Positions 41,832 to 56,252 of a DNA stretch of 64,000 nucleotides are shown here, piece by piece. Position 1 is the first letter of the stretch. Each line of letters opens with the position of its first letter. Below the pieces are notes generated by a model. That model made no database searches, had not been told where the DNA came from, and saw only the letters and a list, made by a program, of their open reading frames with translations. The position numbers and the translations under genes were made by a program. This DNA comes from Octopus vulgaris (Eukaryota): positions 38,874,001 to 38,938,000 of the forward strand of contig OX597824.1 in NCBI GenBank assembly GCA_951406725.2. Reading direction: 5' to 3'.

Positions 41832-42030
41832 TCTGTTTGTCCCCCAACATCGCTTGACAACCGATGCTGGTGTGTTTATGTCCCCGTAACTTAGCGGTTC
41901 GGCAAAAGAGGTCGATAGAATAAGAACTAGGCTTCCAAAGAATAAGTCCTTGGGTCGATTTGGTCGACTAAAGGCGGTGCTCCAGTATGGTCACAGTCAA
42001 ATGACTGAAACAAGTAAAAGAGTAAAGAGT
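41613..42030 (+). mobile_element. SINE family C with internal (TA)/(TG) microsatellite
   Basis: tRNA-like head GTGGCTGTGTGGTAAG..GGTTCAGTCCC, CORE-like CTTGGGCAAGTG, 3' end GACTGAAACAAGTAAAAGAG. Near-full copy at 53178-53635, partial copies at 50426-50590 and 40030-40250(-). Confidence 0.85.
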
Positions 42031-42334
42031 AACAAATATGGCCGTTGGCTAGCAAACATAAATGTGGACACGTTTTTTTCTGTCTCCGTCTACCAAATTG
42101 CTTACAAGGCTTTGGTCGGCCGAAGGCCCTAGCAGAAGAGACTAGCCCATGGGGTTATTAACACAAACCCACGTCCGCGTCTATTGTAAGTATGTCCGGA
42201 AAGAATTTTTTTTCTTTTCAAAGTAGCAGCACCTCAGTAACCATATCCAGCTTTGGCTAGGAAGACCCTCACAATTACTTCCCACGGAAATTCCCTTATG
42301 TCTATCTCGCATACAAATATGTTCATTCCCAAAT

Positions 42335-42405
<71 letters not shown>

Positions 42406-42664
42406 ACACACACATACATACACACATATTCATACATGTCTTTTACCTCCCTTGCTTGTAATTCTCCTTTTATATTTTAAATGGGTTTTATCTCTTTATT
42501 TATTTAGTTATTCATTTTTTTGTTTTTTTTGTTTGTATATTTTTACCTCCTGACTATTCAACAACCACTTGTCTTCACAATATCATAGTCTTTAATATTC
42601 TTCATTTTAAAGCTTCTGAATTAGAAAGTTACACACACACACACATATATACACACATACATAT

Positions 42665-42702
<38 letters not shown>

Positions 42703-43172
42703 CACACACATATACATTTATGTGTGTTTTGCTGTTGTTTTTGTCTCGATGTTCTTGTTTGATTAATCTCACTTTACTGTTTTATGTTTAGGGCTGGGAA
42801 GACCAGGGGGTTGCGATACATACATACATACATACATACATACATACATACATACATACATACATACATACATACTTACATGCATGCATATATACAAGCG
42901 TACATGGACACATACATACGTAGGTGTGAGTGTATATGTATGGGTGTGTGCTACAAACAGAGATCATACCCCAGGCAATACAAAGTCTCAAACACTACTA
43001 TTAATTAATGTGTTGCTCACAAAACTGTACTTTAAAAACAATTATCATAACAAATGCACTGAATTCACCCCAGGAATATAGAAAATGCAGTGAACAGCAT
43101 GTGTTCTTTCTATATTAGACATACTTATTCTTAATGTGAAACTAATGAAGCTGAATGCAAACTAAAGAAATT

Positions 43173-43589
43173 GGATCTTTTCGGTTTGAACGGCAGTTTT
43201 TTGTAGCGGTGTCATATGAAATTGTCACCCATAATTATGACCCTAGTATCGATCTATTGCATTTTAATCTGTTTTAGAGTTAGGGTTAGGGGTGGGCGGA
43301 AGGGTATCTTTTTTCTTCAGAAATGTAAATAAACCCAATCTGTTTCTTAAACGAGGGACATATTCATACGGCACAGAATGTTTTCACCTCAATAGACGTC
43401 ATTGATTGGTTGAAATTGCAGAAATTGAAGAAAAAAACACAACAAATATGTTACAAACTATAGAATTTTCTCAATAAAGTCAAGAGAACAAGATGTTTTA
43501 TAAACACATTCTACCAGTATACGAAGTTTAATAGTGTTTAGTTACGCGGAAATTATTTTAAAAAACTGTCGTTCAAACTGAAAAGATCC
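43173..43589. mobile_element. MITE with GG...CC termini and 8-bp TSD (Merlin-like)
   Basis: TIRs GGATCTTTTCGGTTTGAACGGCAGTTTTT / AAAAACTGTCGTTCAAACTGAAAAGATCC. Exact TSD AAGAAATT at 43165-43172 and 43590-43597. Confidence 0.85.
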
Positions 43590-43779
43590 AAGAAATTAGT
43601 TCTGCACCTAATGACGATATGAAATAATGATATACGTCGGAATATGTGAATAGCCAGAGAGTTGGACAAAATACCTTTTAGTAATTATGCTCTAAATTCA
43701 AATTCTGTCGAGGAGTACTTAGATTTATATCCTCCCGGGTTTGATAAAATAAATTACCAGACAATTAGTCTTGAAGATT

Positions 43780-43988
43780 TTGGGAAGATGAAAGAGGCTG
43801 GGACAAGGATCCCCAACAACCTCAATTTGGAGGATATACATGGGGCCTTCGCGAATTGGCTGGAGCGCTACAACAAGTGCATCTGAGTCAAAGGATCCTA
43901 CTCTGAAGGAGATTAGAGTTTGTACTTCTTTGATATTAAGAAATGTCTGTCTTGAAAGCGTCTCGAAACTTCTGGAATGCACCTTGTA
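43780..43988 (+). mobile_element. mariner transposase C-terminal remnant
   Basis: MKEA...EDIHGAFANWLERYNKCI*VKGSYSEGD*, followed by a TIR-like end. Confidence 0.65.
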
Positions 43989-44137
43989 TGTATACCTCTT
44001 CTTTTATTTTCTGAGTTCAAATACCGACGAAGTTGACTTTGCCTGACATTCTTCCGAGGTCGACAAAATAAGTACTAGTTCGCCCATGGGATCGTTGTAA
44101 CCGACTCGTCCCTTCAAAATTATGCTAAGCTGGAAAT

Positions 44138-44236
44138 TCTTCTTCTTCTTCTTCTTCTTCTTCTTCTTCTTCTTCTTCTTCTTCTTCTTCTTCTTCTTCT
44201 TCTTCTTCTTCTTCTTCTTCTTCTTCTTCTTCTTCT

Positions 44237-44283
<47 letters not shown>

Positions 44284-44312
44284 TTCTTCTTCTTCTTCTT
44301 CTTCTTCTTCTT
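44138..44312. repeat. (TTC)n/(GAA)n microsatellite
   Basis: Directly visible. Confidence 0.95.
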
Positions 44313-44775
44313 TTACTCTTCCAAGCAATGCTGATTTTTGCAGGTGTTCTACCTTCACACTTGCACCAATCTTTTTTAGCCATGTTGGTAGCTGAGTGCG
44401 GAGACTTCCAAGTGCACCAATTACTATTGGTATCAACTCTACTCCCTTCATTGACCACAGCCTTCGTATTTCCCACTTCAAATCGTCATAGTTGCTTATT
44501 TCTTATTATTCTTTCACATTGATCCTGTTGTCACCGGGGCATGCTAGGTCAATTATCATACATGTTCTTTCTTTTTTATTCAACACAACAATGTCCGGTT
44601 TCCGATGTCTGGTCAGGCGATCACACTGGATCATTGCATCCCAAAGGATTTTGCAATTCTCATTTTCAATTACTCCTTGTGAAGTTTTCTCATACCAAGT
44701 CCTTGGTCTCTGTAGGCCGTGATTTATACAGCTCTCAATGGATCATTCTTGCCTCATTGTCGTGGCGCCTTTTGT
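44313..44775 (-). mobile_element. R4/Dong-clade non-LTR retrotransposon 3' fragment (RLE domain), decayed
   Basis: KRRHDN, ENENCKILWD, RKPDIVV, IIDLACPGD, EIRRLW, IPIVIGALG, LQKSALLG. Confidence 0.8.
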
Positions 44776-44801
44776 AGTTACGTTATCATCATCATCATCA
44801 C

Positions 44802-44860
<59 letters not shown>

Positions 44861-44862
<2 letters not shown>

Positions 44863-45413
44863 TAGTTTTATTTTTATAGCGTGCTTTCACTTCACTACCG
44901 AGCGCAGCTCTGTGTGCCTTGGGTATGTGCTGTGATTTGTTGTGATGCTCTGATGGTTATTGTATGGAAAGTGTTCTGCGTAGGATGTGTGCAGTGCCTA
45001 GTAGTGCAATTTTCTGTATGTTATATGTGTTTGTAAGTCCTGGTGTTTTTGTTATGTATTTGTCTGAATATTTTTTTATCATGCCTAATGCACCTACTAT
45101 GATAGGAATTGTTTCTGTTTTCAGATTCCACATTCTAGTTACCTCTATTTCCAGGTCTTTGTATTTTGAGAGTTTCTCCATTACTTTTAGAGACACGTTG
45201 TCATCAGCCGGTATTGATACATCAATTAGAAAGCATTTTTTTCTTCATGGTCTCTGACAACTATATCTGGTCTGTTGGCCTTAATTTCTCTATATCTGTG
45301 TGTATCGGCATATCCCAGAGTATGGTTGCTTTCTCGTTTTCTGTGACCTTTTCTGGTGTGTGCCTATACCATCTTTTTTCTGTTTTTATTCCATAATGTT
45401 GGCATAGCTTCTA
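44861..45413 (-). mobile_element. Second R4/Dong-clade 3' fragment embedded in (TAA)n
   Basis: TILWDMPIHTD..RPDIVV and KYKDLEIEVTRMWNLKTETIPIIVGALG...IQKIALLGTAHILRRTL. Flanked by (TAA)n on both sides. Confidence 0.85.
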
Positions 45414-45492
<79 letters not shown>

Positions 45493-45672
45493 CATTATTA
45501 TTATTATCATCAATATATAATGATGCAACTTTGTTTCCGAACCACACGGTTTCTGGTTCACACACACTATGTCTCATTGAACAAGTGTTTTCTATAATAG
45601 TCACGGATATAGTGGATTTGTGAGTAGATTTGGTAAACGGAAACGGAACAAAGACCATCGTATATATATATA

Positions 45673-45974
45673 TCTTTATATATAAAAGTGAAGTTGTGTG
45701 AGTGTCTGTCTCCTACGATTTAGATTCCTAACTACTCCCACATTTTGCGGTGCAGTTTAACCAAAAGCGGGTATCTTATAGTCGTGATTTCATATCGAGC
45801 CCTTCTGGGTATTAGCGCGCGTCTACGATGAGTCTACGATTAAAAAAAAAATTACCATAATTTTTTCCCATTTTTACTGCATTTTTTGGCTATTATATAA
45901 GGGAAGTAACTCTCTAAAATGCTTATATAGTTATTTCCCTTACAAACCCGAGCAATGCCGGGCGATACTGCTAG
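45673..45974 (+). mobile_element. Non-autonomous Helitron
   Basis: A|TC 5' end, subterminal hairpin CCCG-AGCAATGC-CGGG, CTAG|T 3' end, no TSD. Confidence 0.85.
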
Positions 45975-46040
<66 letters not shown>

Positions 46041-46072
46041 CGTTCCTGTGCAACTATCGGATAGCGGCGGCT

Positions 46073-48350
46073 TTGGTGAGCTATCGTTTCCACAGGTCCA
46101 TGGCACAGAACATGCGTAAGAAACAGGTGGCCATACACTCCTATGCTTTTGTCAAGCCACATATCGCCCTACAGCAAAGCATAATGACGGAAACTGAAGT
46201 GCTCAATGACCACCTTGCATATCTGGAAACCAATGAAGGACAAATAGACAATATCAAAAAAGTAACTGCGAATACCACCGGCCCTAAAAACAGCACCGAC
46301 AGCAGCACTGACAACAGCACTGGCAGTGAGAACAGTCAAAGCTGGACTGTGTTGAAAAACAGAGGCAGGCAAAATAATGACGCAGCCAGGAAAACTGATG
46401 CTCTGAAGCCCAATGGTAACAGGAAGGACCAGAACAAAGACAAAAATCCGAAACGCCAAAACGAAAAACGAAGAAGCACAAGCACAGACATTAATAGAGC
46501 CCGGGTTGTACGTAGAATTTATTTAAATGACACCTGCTGACACGGGGAAAGGGTTGCAGCTTTGCCCATCCCAAATCTTATCGGAACAACAAGTAAGGTA
46601 ACTATCTGAAACAAACTCAAACTACCTCAAGCTCTCTCACGAAAGGGTAAGAGCAGAGAGAGGGAGAACAGAGCTGTGGAAAGCATAAAAACAAATCTCC
46701 AAGCTTTCTATAAATTCGCAAAGGAAACAGACACAATACAATATAAAATAGGATCATTGTTTCAAGGGAATGACTCACTGACCACGAACTCAGGAAGGAT
46801 AAGTGAAATACTCAGTGAACAATTTAAAAGCGTCTTCACTTACGCCTTGGACACAGGCAGTTAAAAAAACCCGGCTTAATTCTTTAATATTGCATCTCTA
46901 AAAAAGAGGCACCAGCCATTGATTACATTAATATTGAGGAGACAGATGTAACAGCTCCCATAAATAAAATGAGCTCATTCTCTGCAACTGGTCCTGATGG
47001 CTTCCCAGCTATTCTCCTGAACAGGCTTTAACGAAACCACTTCAGATACTTCTTCAAAAGTTTCCTTGCAAGTGGTAAACTTCCTAAAAAGCTGAAAGAA
47101 GGCATTATATGATTTATCCACAAAGGTGGAAGCAGAACAGAGGCCAAAAACTACAGGCCAATCTCTCTGACTTCACATATCAGTAAAGTCATGGAGCGAA
47201 TCATCAGAAAGAGGTTGATAATGTTCCTAGAAGAAAATGACCTACTGAACATTACACAGTATGGCTTCGGTCCAGGAAGAAGCTGCCTCACACAACTCCT
47301 ACAGCACTATGACTGGGTTTTAAAACAGCTGCTTGACCATTCAGATGTCAGTGTAATATACCTTGACTTTGCAAAGGCATTTGATAAGGTAGATCATGGC
47401 ATGATATGTCATGAGCTACGAGACCTTGGCATTGCTGGTAAATTGAAAGTCTGCATGACTTCCTTAAATACAGAAGTCAGGTAGTTGCACCAATGGTGCC
47501 ATTTTTCAGGAAACACAAATCCTAAGTGGTGCCCCCCCCCCCACAGGGAACTGTTCTGGGGTCATTACTGTTCATAATAACCCGCGTAGACATGCCCACA
47601 GTCATTCGGACAGCCACTGTCACTAGCTATGCTGATGATTCAAAATTATCAGAGGCAATAAAAAATCGAGATGACGTCGTAAGCTTACAGCAGGACCTAA
47701 ATTCGATATACAAGTGGGCCGAAATAAACAACGTGCAGTTTAACGCTAGAAAATTTCGATCAATGCACTACCAACTCATGAATGCACAACACCCTGCATA
47801 TACAGGACCCGAATGCACTACAATCCCAGAATAACAGGCAGTGAAAGACTTAGGGATTAGTATGTGCAATAGCGCATCATTTTATATTCACATTACCAAG
47901 ATGGCAGAAAAGTGCAGACAACTGGTAGGATGGATACTGAAGTCGTTCAAGACAAGATACCAAGAAACTATGTTAACCATGTGGAGAACCTTTGTTCTCA
48001 GCCGTCTGGACTACTGCTCCCAGTTATGGCCACCACAGTGCCAAACTAACAGCGGAGTTTGAAGCAGTCTAACGCCACCACACTAAAAAGATTGAAACGG
48101 TGCAGTGGATGAGCTACAAGGATAGGCTGAGAAAGCTGCAACTTTACTCCCTGGAGTGAAGGCGGTCTAGGGATCAAAGGCCCACAGCTCTTCAATACCC
48201 TGCCACAAAAATTAAGAAAACTTCATAAGGTGGAAGTAGATGTCTTCAGAAAAGAACTAGACATCTTCCTCTCCACAATACCGGATGAACCAACTGCCCG
48301 ACATCAGGCAGCGGAATTAAACTCACTTATACACCAAATAGGCCAACAGC
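46073..48350 (+). mobile_element. Decayed CR1/L2-group LINE (ORF1 remnant plus reverse transcriptase)
   Basis: NYRPISLTSH, QYGF..GRSCLTQLL, IYLDFAKAFDKVDHG, PQGTVLG.LLF, YADDSK and LDYCSQLW.P, split by stops and frameshifts. Confidence 0.9.
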
Positions 48351-48460
48351 TGGGACAAAGGCACATACAGGAGTGGTGATGGGAAGCGTCCCAGACAGAG
48401 GAAATCAGAAAGATCACGGCGGTACTCCAGCATGAGTGCAGCAGCATGGCAGAAACAAGT

Positions 48461-48501
<41 letters not shown>

Positions 48502-49301
48502 AATATATGAATATATGAATATATGTATGCCAATATTTCGGGCCTTGTGCCTAGAGTAGTAATGAATATTCCAAGATTTGGACAAGCAGAATCGTTAGAG
48601 CCTTCGAGAAGATGCACTGCGGTATTTTTTCTCAGTTCTTCGTCATCTAGTTCAACTTTACCATCTAGTCCTTGGACAGCTTTAGCTGAGTTCACTTAAA
48701 TGTAAGAATTCGGACCAGATCCACAGTAAACCCATACACATACATCTTTCTCTTTATATCTCAAATGCGTGTGTATGCGTGTGTATGTATGTATGTATGT
48801 ATGTATGTATGTATGTATGTATGTATGTATGTATGTATGTATGTATGTTTGTTTGTATGTATGTATGAATGTATGTATGAATGTATGTATGTATGTATGT
48901 ATGCATGTATGTATGTATGTATGCATGCATGCATGCATGCACGCATGCATGTATGTATGTATATATGAATGTATGTATGTATGTATGTATGTATGTATGC
49001 ATGTAAGTATGTATGTATGTATGTATGTACGTACGTACGTATGTATGTATGTATGTATGTATGTATGTATGTATGTATGTATGTATGTATGTATGTATGT
49101 ATGTATGCATATATAGATATGTATACACACACATATATATACGTATATACATATATATACATATATAAAAACTGTACTGGGAGAAGAAGAAGAAACGAAA
49201 CGGAACGAATCGAATCGAATATATATGTATATGTGTGTAAGCACATATAAGTATATATATATATATATATATAAACCTGTACCCTTTTGTTTCAGTCATG
49301 T

Positions 49302-49340
<39 letters not shown>

Positions 49341-49422
49341 TATATAAATGTCATGGGTGGCTAATTCGCAATTTTACAACCTAAAGGCAAATTTATTTCT
49401 TCTTTTAGGTTATATATGTATG

Positions 49423-49583
<161 letters not shown>

Positions 49584-49595
49584 GTACATATACAC

Positions 49596-49645
<50 letters not shown>

Positions 49646-50317
49646 CATATGCAGCTACACACAGCCACACACACACACACACACACACGCACACACACGT
49701 GTATCTATGGATATTTGTTTACGTGTTTACGCGTGTGTGTATGCACTCGAGTGTGTGAGTCAGTTAGTGCATATTTGAAAACAAGTTAGTAGAGAACAGT
49801 AAACATATGTGAAAACGAGTGTGTAGATGTTTTTTTGTGTGCGTGTGTTTGTTTGTGTGTGAGTGTGTCTGCAAGTAGGTGGGCTCTACTCTGCAGTATC
49901 CAGTCGACCGTAGTGGACCGTTGAAGATGTTAAATTCAATGGTAAATGATATATTTAATGAATTGGAAGTCACGCCTCTAACAAACAATAGAATATATCT
50001 ATATAGGTATGAACATGTATGTATGTATGTATGTATGTATGTATGTATGTATGTATGTATGTATGTATGTATGTATGTATGTATGTATGTATGTATGCAA
50101 TGTATGCTTGTATGCACGGATGGACAAGTGAATGGATGGATGGATGGATGGATGGACGGATGGATGGACGGATAAATAAACGTGCGTATGCATGAATGCA
50201 TGCATGTATGTATATATGTGTCTGAGTTCATGTGTGTGTGTGAGAGAGAGAGAGAGATAGAGAGAGCGAGGGAGAGAGAAGTATGAAAATTTATATACAC
50301 TCACATATAATATATAC

Positions 50318-50424
<107 letters not shown>

Positions 50425-50638
50425 CGAAGAAGTTGCTTTGTGGTAAGAAACTTGCTTCCCAACCACATGGTTCCAAGTTCAGTCCCATAGCGTGGCGGCT
50501 TGGGCAAGTGTCTGCTACTATAGCTTCGGGCCAACCAAAGCCTTGTGAGTGGATTTGGTAGGCGGAAACTGAAAGAAGCCCGTCGTGTATGTATGTATGT
50601 ATATATATATACATATATATATACATATATATATGTAT

Positions 50639-50702
<64 letters not shown>

Positions 50703-50706
50703 TGAG

Positions 50707-51592
<886 letters not shown>

Positions 51593-51597
51593 TTATC

Positions 51598-51639
<42 letters not shown>

Positions 51640-52715
51640 TATATGGATACAGGTCATCACAAACAGTAAACAACATGAAATACGAAAACAAATGCGTTAA
51701 ATACGTAACTAAAAAATGGAAAACAAGGCAAGTAATACAAAGAATACAAAGAATGACTCTTCATCAGTTGTCAGCTGTCTACCTACTCCCCATTTCGAGC
51801 AATCAACGAAAATATGAGTCTTCGAAGATAGTTGCTCCCATAGATACCAAAATAAAATTTCGGATTTATGGAGGGTCAAAGTTAGGAACAAAAACAGGAC
51901 AGTGGAGACATACAAGGAAACCGAACGAAAACAGACATGGAGGGCCATTAGACTTGGACAAGGGGGGAAATAGTGAACGCTGAGAGAAATATTTTCTTTG
52001 AAAAGAGAAAAGATAGAAGAGGGAGATAGGAGACGTCCAGTCCGTAGATGGTCCGCGCTGTAAAGAAAGATGATCATGTGAGGTAAAGAAAGACGGACGA
52101 TGGTCACGTGTGAGCAACGAGAGAAAAAAAGAAAAAGAGGAGGAGAGAGAGCGACAGATAAAAAACGGTAAAGGTGAGAAAAAGGGAATTAGAGAGGATT
52201 AGGGAGAAAACAGTATGGAGTAGAGTCGCATCAAAAAGGTTAAGATAAATTTACTTGGAAATGATGCAACCTCACCAACAGTACCTCACCGACAGTAAAC
52301 CTCACCAACAGTAAACAACATGAAATACGAACCTAACCAACAGTAAACAACATGAAATACGAAAATAAATGAGTTCAATGTTTAACCAGTGGGAGCTTTG
52401 ACATAAAATTGTATCTTTGTTCAGAACAAGAGCTGAGTTGTGGATATGAAACTTCAGAATGACAGAAGTCACAAATTGTATTCGTTTTTAAACGTTGCTG
52501 CTGCTCTACTTTTAGCTTCCCATTTCATATTCGTATTTCTCCCTGCATCTTCTCATTTCCAATTGTATTTGGGGAATGTTGTTGAAATTTTAATGGGCAT
52601 ATTCCAATTACTGAAACCAGTTAAAAAATAAAACAAAGAATATATATCGTACATATAAGCGTGTGTGTGTATTTTATATAGTTTACATCATCTTATAATT
52701 GTTATTGTATGTATG

Positions 52716-52766
<51 letters not shown>

Positions 52767-53177
52767 GAACAGCAGTTACAATAATAACAACAAATACCCA
52801 ATAATAATTATAACAATGGCAAGAACCATTTCGTATTCTATTACGTTGAAAGCCTATCACCGTTTTTCTGAGTTCTAAAGTAACCGGTTTTGCATTACGT
52901 GAAAGCTGGTTTGAAGAGGTGAACCTGGAACGAAAGAGCAGGAAGAGAAATCACGATACATCTGTCGACATTCTAAAATGTTCATCCATTTATTGCTCTG
53001 AACTCTGGATAACAGAACATAAATAGGAAATGAGCATTTAACAAGAAACCTCAAATTTCCTGATAGTATCAATAGTGTTTTGTATAACTGGAAGGAGCGA
53101 TATAGTCAAAAGGTACCCAAATTGTGATGATGCCCAATCGAAAAGAATGTCTTCCTGCAGTTATATTTATAGGCATA

Positions 53178-53334
53178 GGAGTTACTGTGTGGTAATTAGC
53201 TTGCTTACGAACCACATGGATCCGGGTTCCGTCCAACTGCGTGGCACCTTGGGCAAGTGTCTTCTACTATAGCCTCGGGCCGACCAAAGCCTTGTGAGTG
53301 GATTTGGTAGACGGAAACTGAAAGAACTCCGTCG

Positions 53335-53425
<91 letters not shown>

Positions 53426-53635
53426 TTGTGTGTCTGTGTTTGTTCCCCCAACATCGTTTGACAACCGATGGTGGTGTGTTTACGTCCCCGTAACGTAGCG
53501 GTTCGACAGAAGATACCGATAGAATAAGTACTAGGATAACAAAGAATAAGTCCTGGGGCGATTTGCTCGACTAAAGGCGGTGCTCCTGCTTTGCCACAGT
53601 CAAATGACTGAAACAAGTAAAAGAGTAAAAAGAGT
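53178..53635 (+). mobile_element. SINE family C, near full length
   Basis: Colinear with 41613-42030, including the internal microsatellite. Confidence 0.85.
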
Positions 53636-54803
53636 ATGTGAAATATACCAGAAAGAATATGGTTTTGTCTCAGCTTGCTTCTGATCGAACAATATCATCA
53701 CTTCTTTATTTTTTTGCTAGGAGAGGAAAAAATAACAGTACCTATCGTCCTTTGCTGGCCTTCAAGACTAGTTGGAGGGACATAGGATGGTATCCTCGAA
53801 CCGGAGACTTGGCTCGGCCCAAATGCTTGCAACAGACTTGTCTCTGCAAATGGTGCCCAAAGTACGATGTTATGGTTCTTAACTGGGCGACGGGTTACGT
53901 CTACCACCCAAATAGACTACGGTAGGATATGAACTCAGAAAGCAAAGAGGCGAGACAAATACTGCAAGGCAACCGATCCAACGTTCTTACAGTTCCATCA
54001 ATCCACCCCCTTAGAGTGATATTCTTTCTTTTATTAACCTCGAAAGGATGGAAAGCAAAGTTGATAGCGATTGGGCTTAGAATCAGAGCGCACAGTGTCG
54101 GAATAAATATCGCGAAATATTCTGTCTGACACTTCTAACGACTCAGGCAATTCGCCGCACATATTTTTGAAATGTAGACCCTTATCACAAAACAACAGAA
54201 GGAACAAATTCGCATGATGCAAACCCCAAACTCTCCAGAAAACTTAGGAGTGTGCCTCTCAATCAGAGTCTACAAATGTTCAGGGAAACACAGGGCAATG
54301 TCATGAGGTCTACAGCATCTCTATTGTGTCGCTCTGTATCCTGTAATATTCATCAATGTTTGTCGGAGTGTGCACTACCGTCCTTACCTATGGGAACACA
54401 CGCGGATCAGTTGATCTGTGGGTTACACTTAGTCGGTTCAGTCGACGACCTACGTGCCATGCTGACAGATCAGGGTTGACTCGGATCCACAATAACGGTA
54501 ACAGCAGCAGTAGTAGCGACAGCAACGGCAACAACAACAAGAACAACCACAAAACAGCAATAAATATTAGAACAAAACAACAAAAGAAAACAACTGCAAC
54601 AAGGTTGCTCAGAACAATTTTAAGTACAAGTATCAACCAGGGACACAGGGCAAAGACCGTAACGCCAACAACATGGACAACAATACACATCCAACAACGG
54701 GAAAGAAAACTAACACAAAAACAACGCTAAAATAACTAACATCACCACCACCACCACCATCACCACCACCACCACCACCACCACCACCACCACCACCAGC
54801 AGT

Positions 54804-54850
<47 letters not shown>

Positions 54851-54908
54851 TGAAATAGCAACAATAACAATAATCATAAATCCCAAAACAGACATACAAG
54901 AAATTAAT

Positions 54909-54981
<73 letters not shown>

Positions 54982-55120
54982 GCAGCCATAAAATAAGGAT
55001 AATAATAAGCATGAGAAACCAGAACTAACAAAATCAGCAACAACAACAACAAAAGCAACAAGTAACCATGAGAGTGAACATAAGAAACCAAAACAGCAAC
55101 AGCAACAACATCTCAGTACA

Positions 55121-55187
<67 letters not shown>

Positions 55188-55628
55188 GAATCACAAACCC
55201 AACAACAGCAGCAGCACTGTGTAGCATAACCAAAACCCGAGACGAAGGTAATTTGGCTTTTAAATTCACGTCTTGCCTCCAACCCGGAAATAAATCGAGC
55301 GAAAAACACTTAATAAATGAGACAAGATTAAATACCGTTGCCCCTGGCAACCGTTTTGTTCACACACACAAAATCAAAAATCAAGAGCTATAAACAGTTG
55401 AGGTATAAACGGAGGGACTTGCTCTCTGTCTTTCTTTCTGTCTGTCTTTCTTTCTGTCTGTCTGTCTGTCTCTCACACACACTCATACATGCACACATAA
55501 AACTATATACCTACCTACATATGCATGAATGTGTGTAATTATATATGCTCTATGAATTACACGTGTAGCTGTCCTTTATCATATATGCATCCGAACCGTG
55601 TATATATAAATACATACACACATACATA

Positions 55629-55674
<46 letters not shown>

Positions 55675-55760
55675 AAAAAAGGCACTCAGGCACACACATA
55701 TAGATATGTATTATTAAATGTGTATATATCCTAATTTACTAACGTACGCGTGCACGCTAC

Positions 55761-55884
<124 letters not shown>

Positions 55885-56216
55885 CATGTGGATTAACAAG
55901 GCTGCCATTGGTTTCATGTTAAAAGAAATATATCTCTCTTTACATATAACGAATGGTAGACTGGTTAACCCACAGATAAAGAATATTGATCCATCAATAT
56001 GGTCTCAACACTTATTCTCACTGTTCGATATTAACGTGTGTATACACCCCACTATACATGTATATCATTATTTTACACATACACACACATACGGGCAAAT
56101 CGGTGACGAATGGCAACTTCAAGAATGAAAACATAAAACAAATTCAGATTGACGTACACAGGGAATATATTAATTTGACACACGCTAAACTTTTAGATGA
56201 AAAATTGAAAAATGAA

Positions 56217-56252
56217 AATATGACGTTTCGAGCATAGCTCTTCATCGGATTG
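56217..56252 (-). ncRNA. Decayed Penelope-type minimal hammerhead motif
   Basis: Minus strand CCGAUGA-A-GAGC(UAU)GCUC-GAAA-C-GUC, with U4 changed to C. Confidence 0.45.

Noticed and set aside
51740-51810. GAAA...CUGAUGA order suggesting a type II hammerhead (also near 40660-40710)
   Set aside because: Stems I and III could not be formed by eye; probably a PLE-terminal repeat, but the ribozyme is unsupported.
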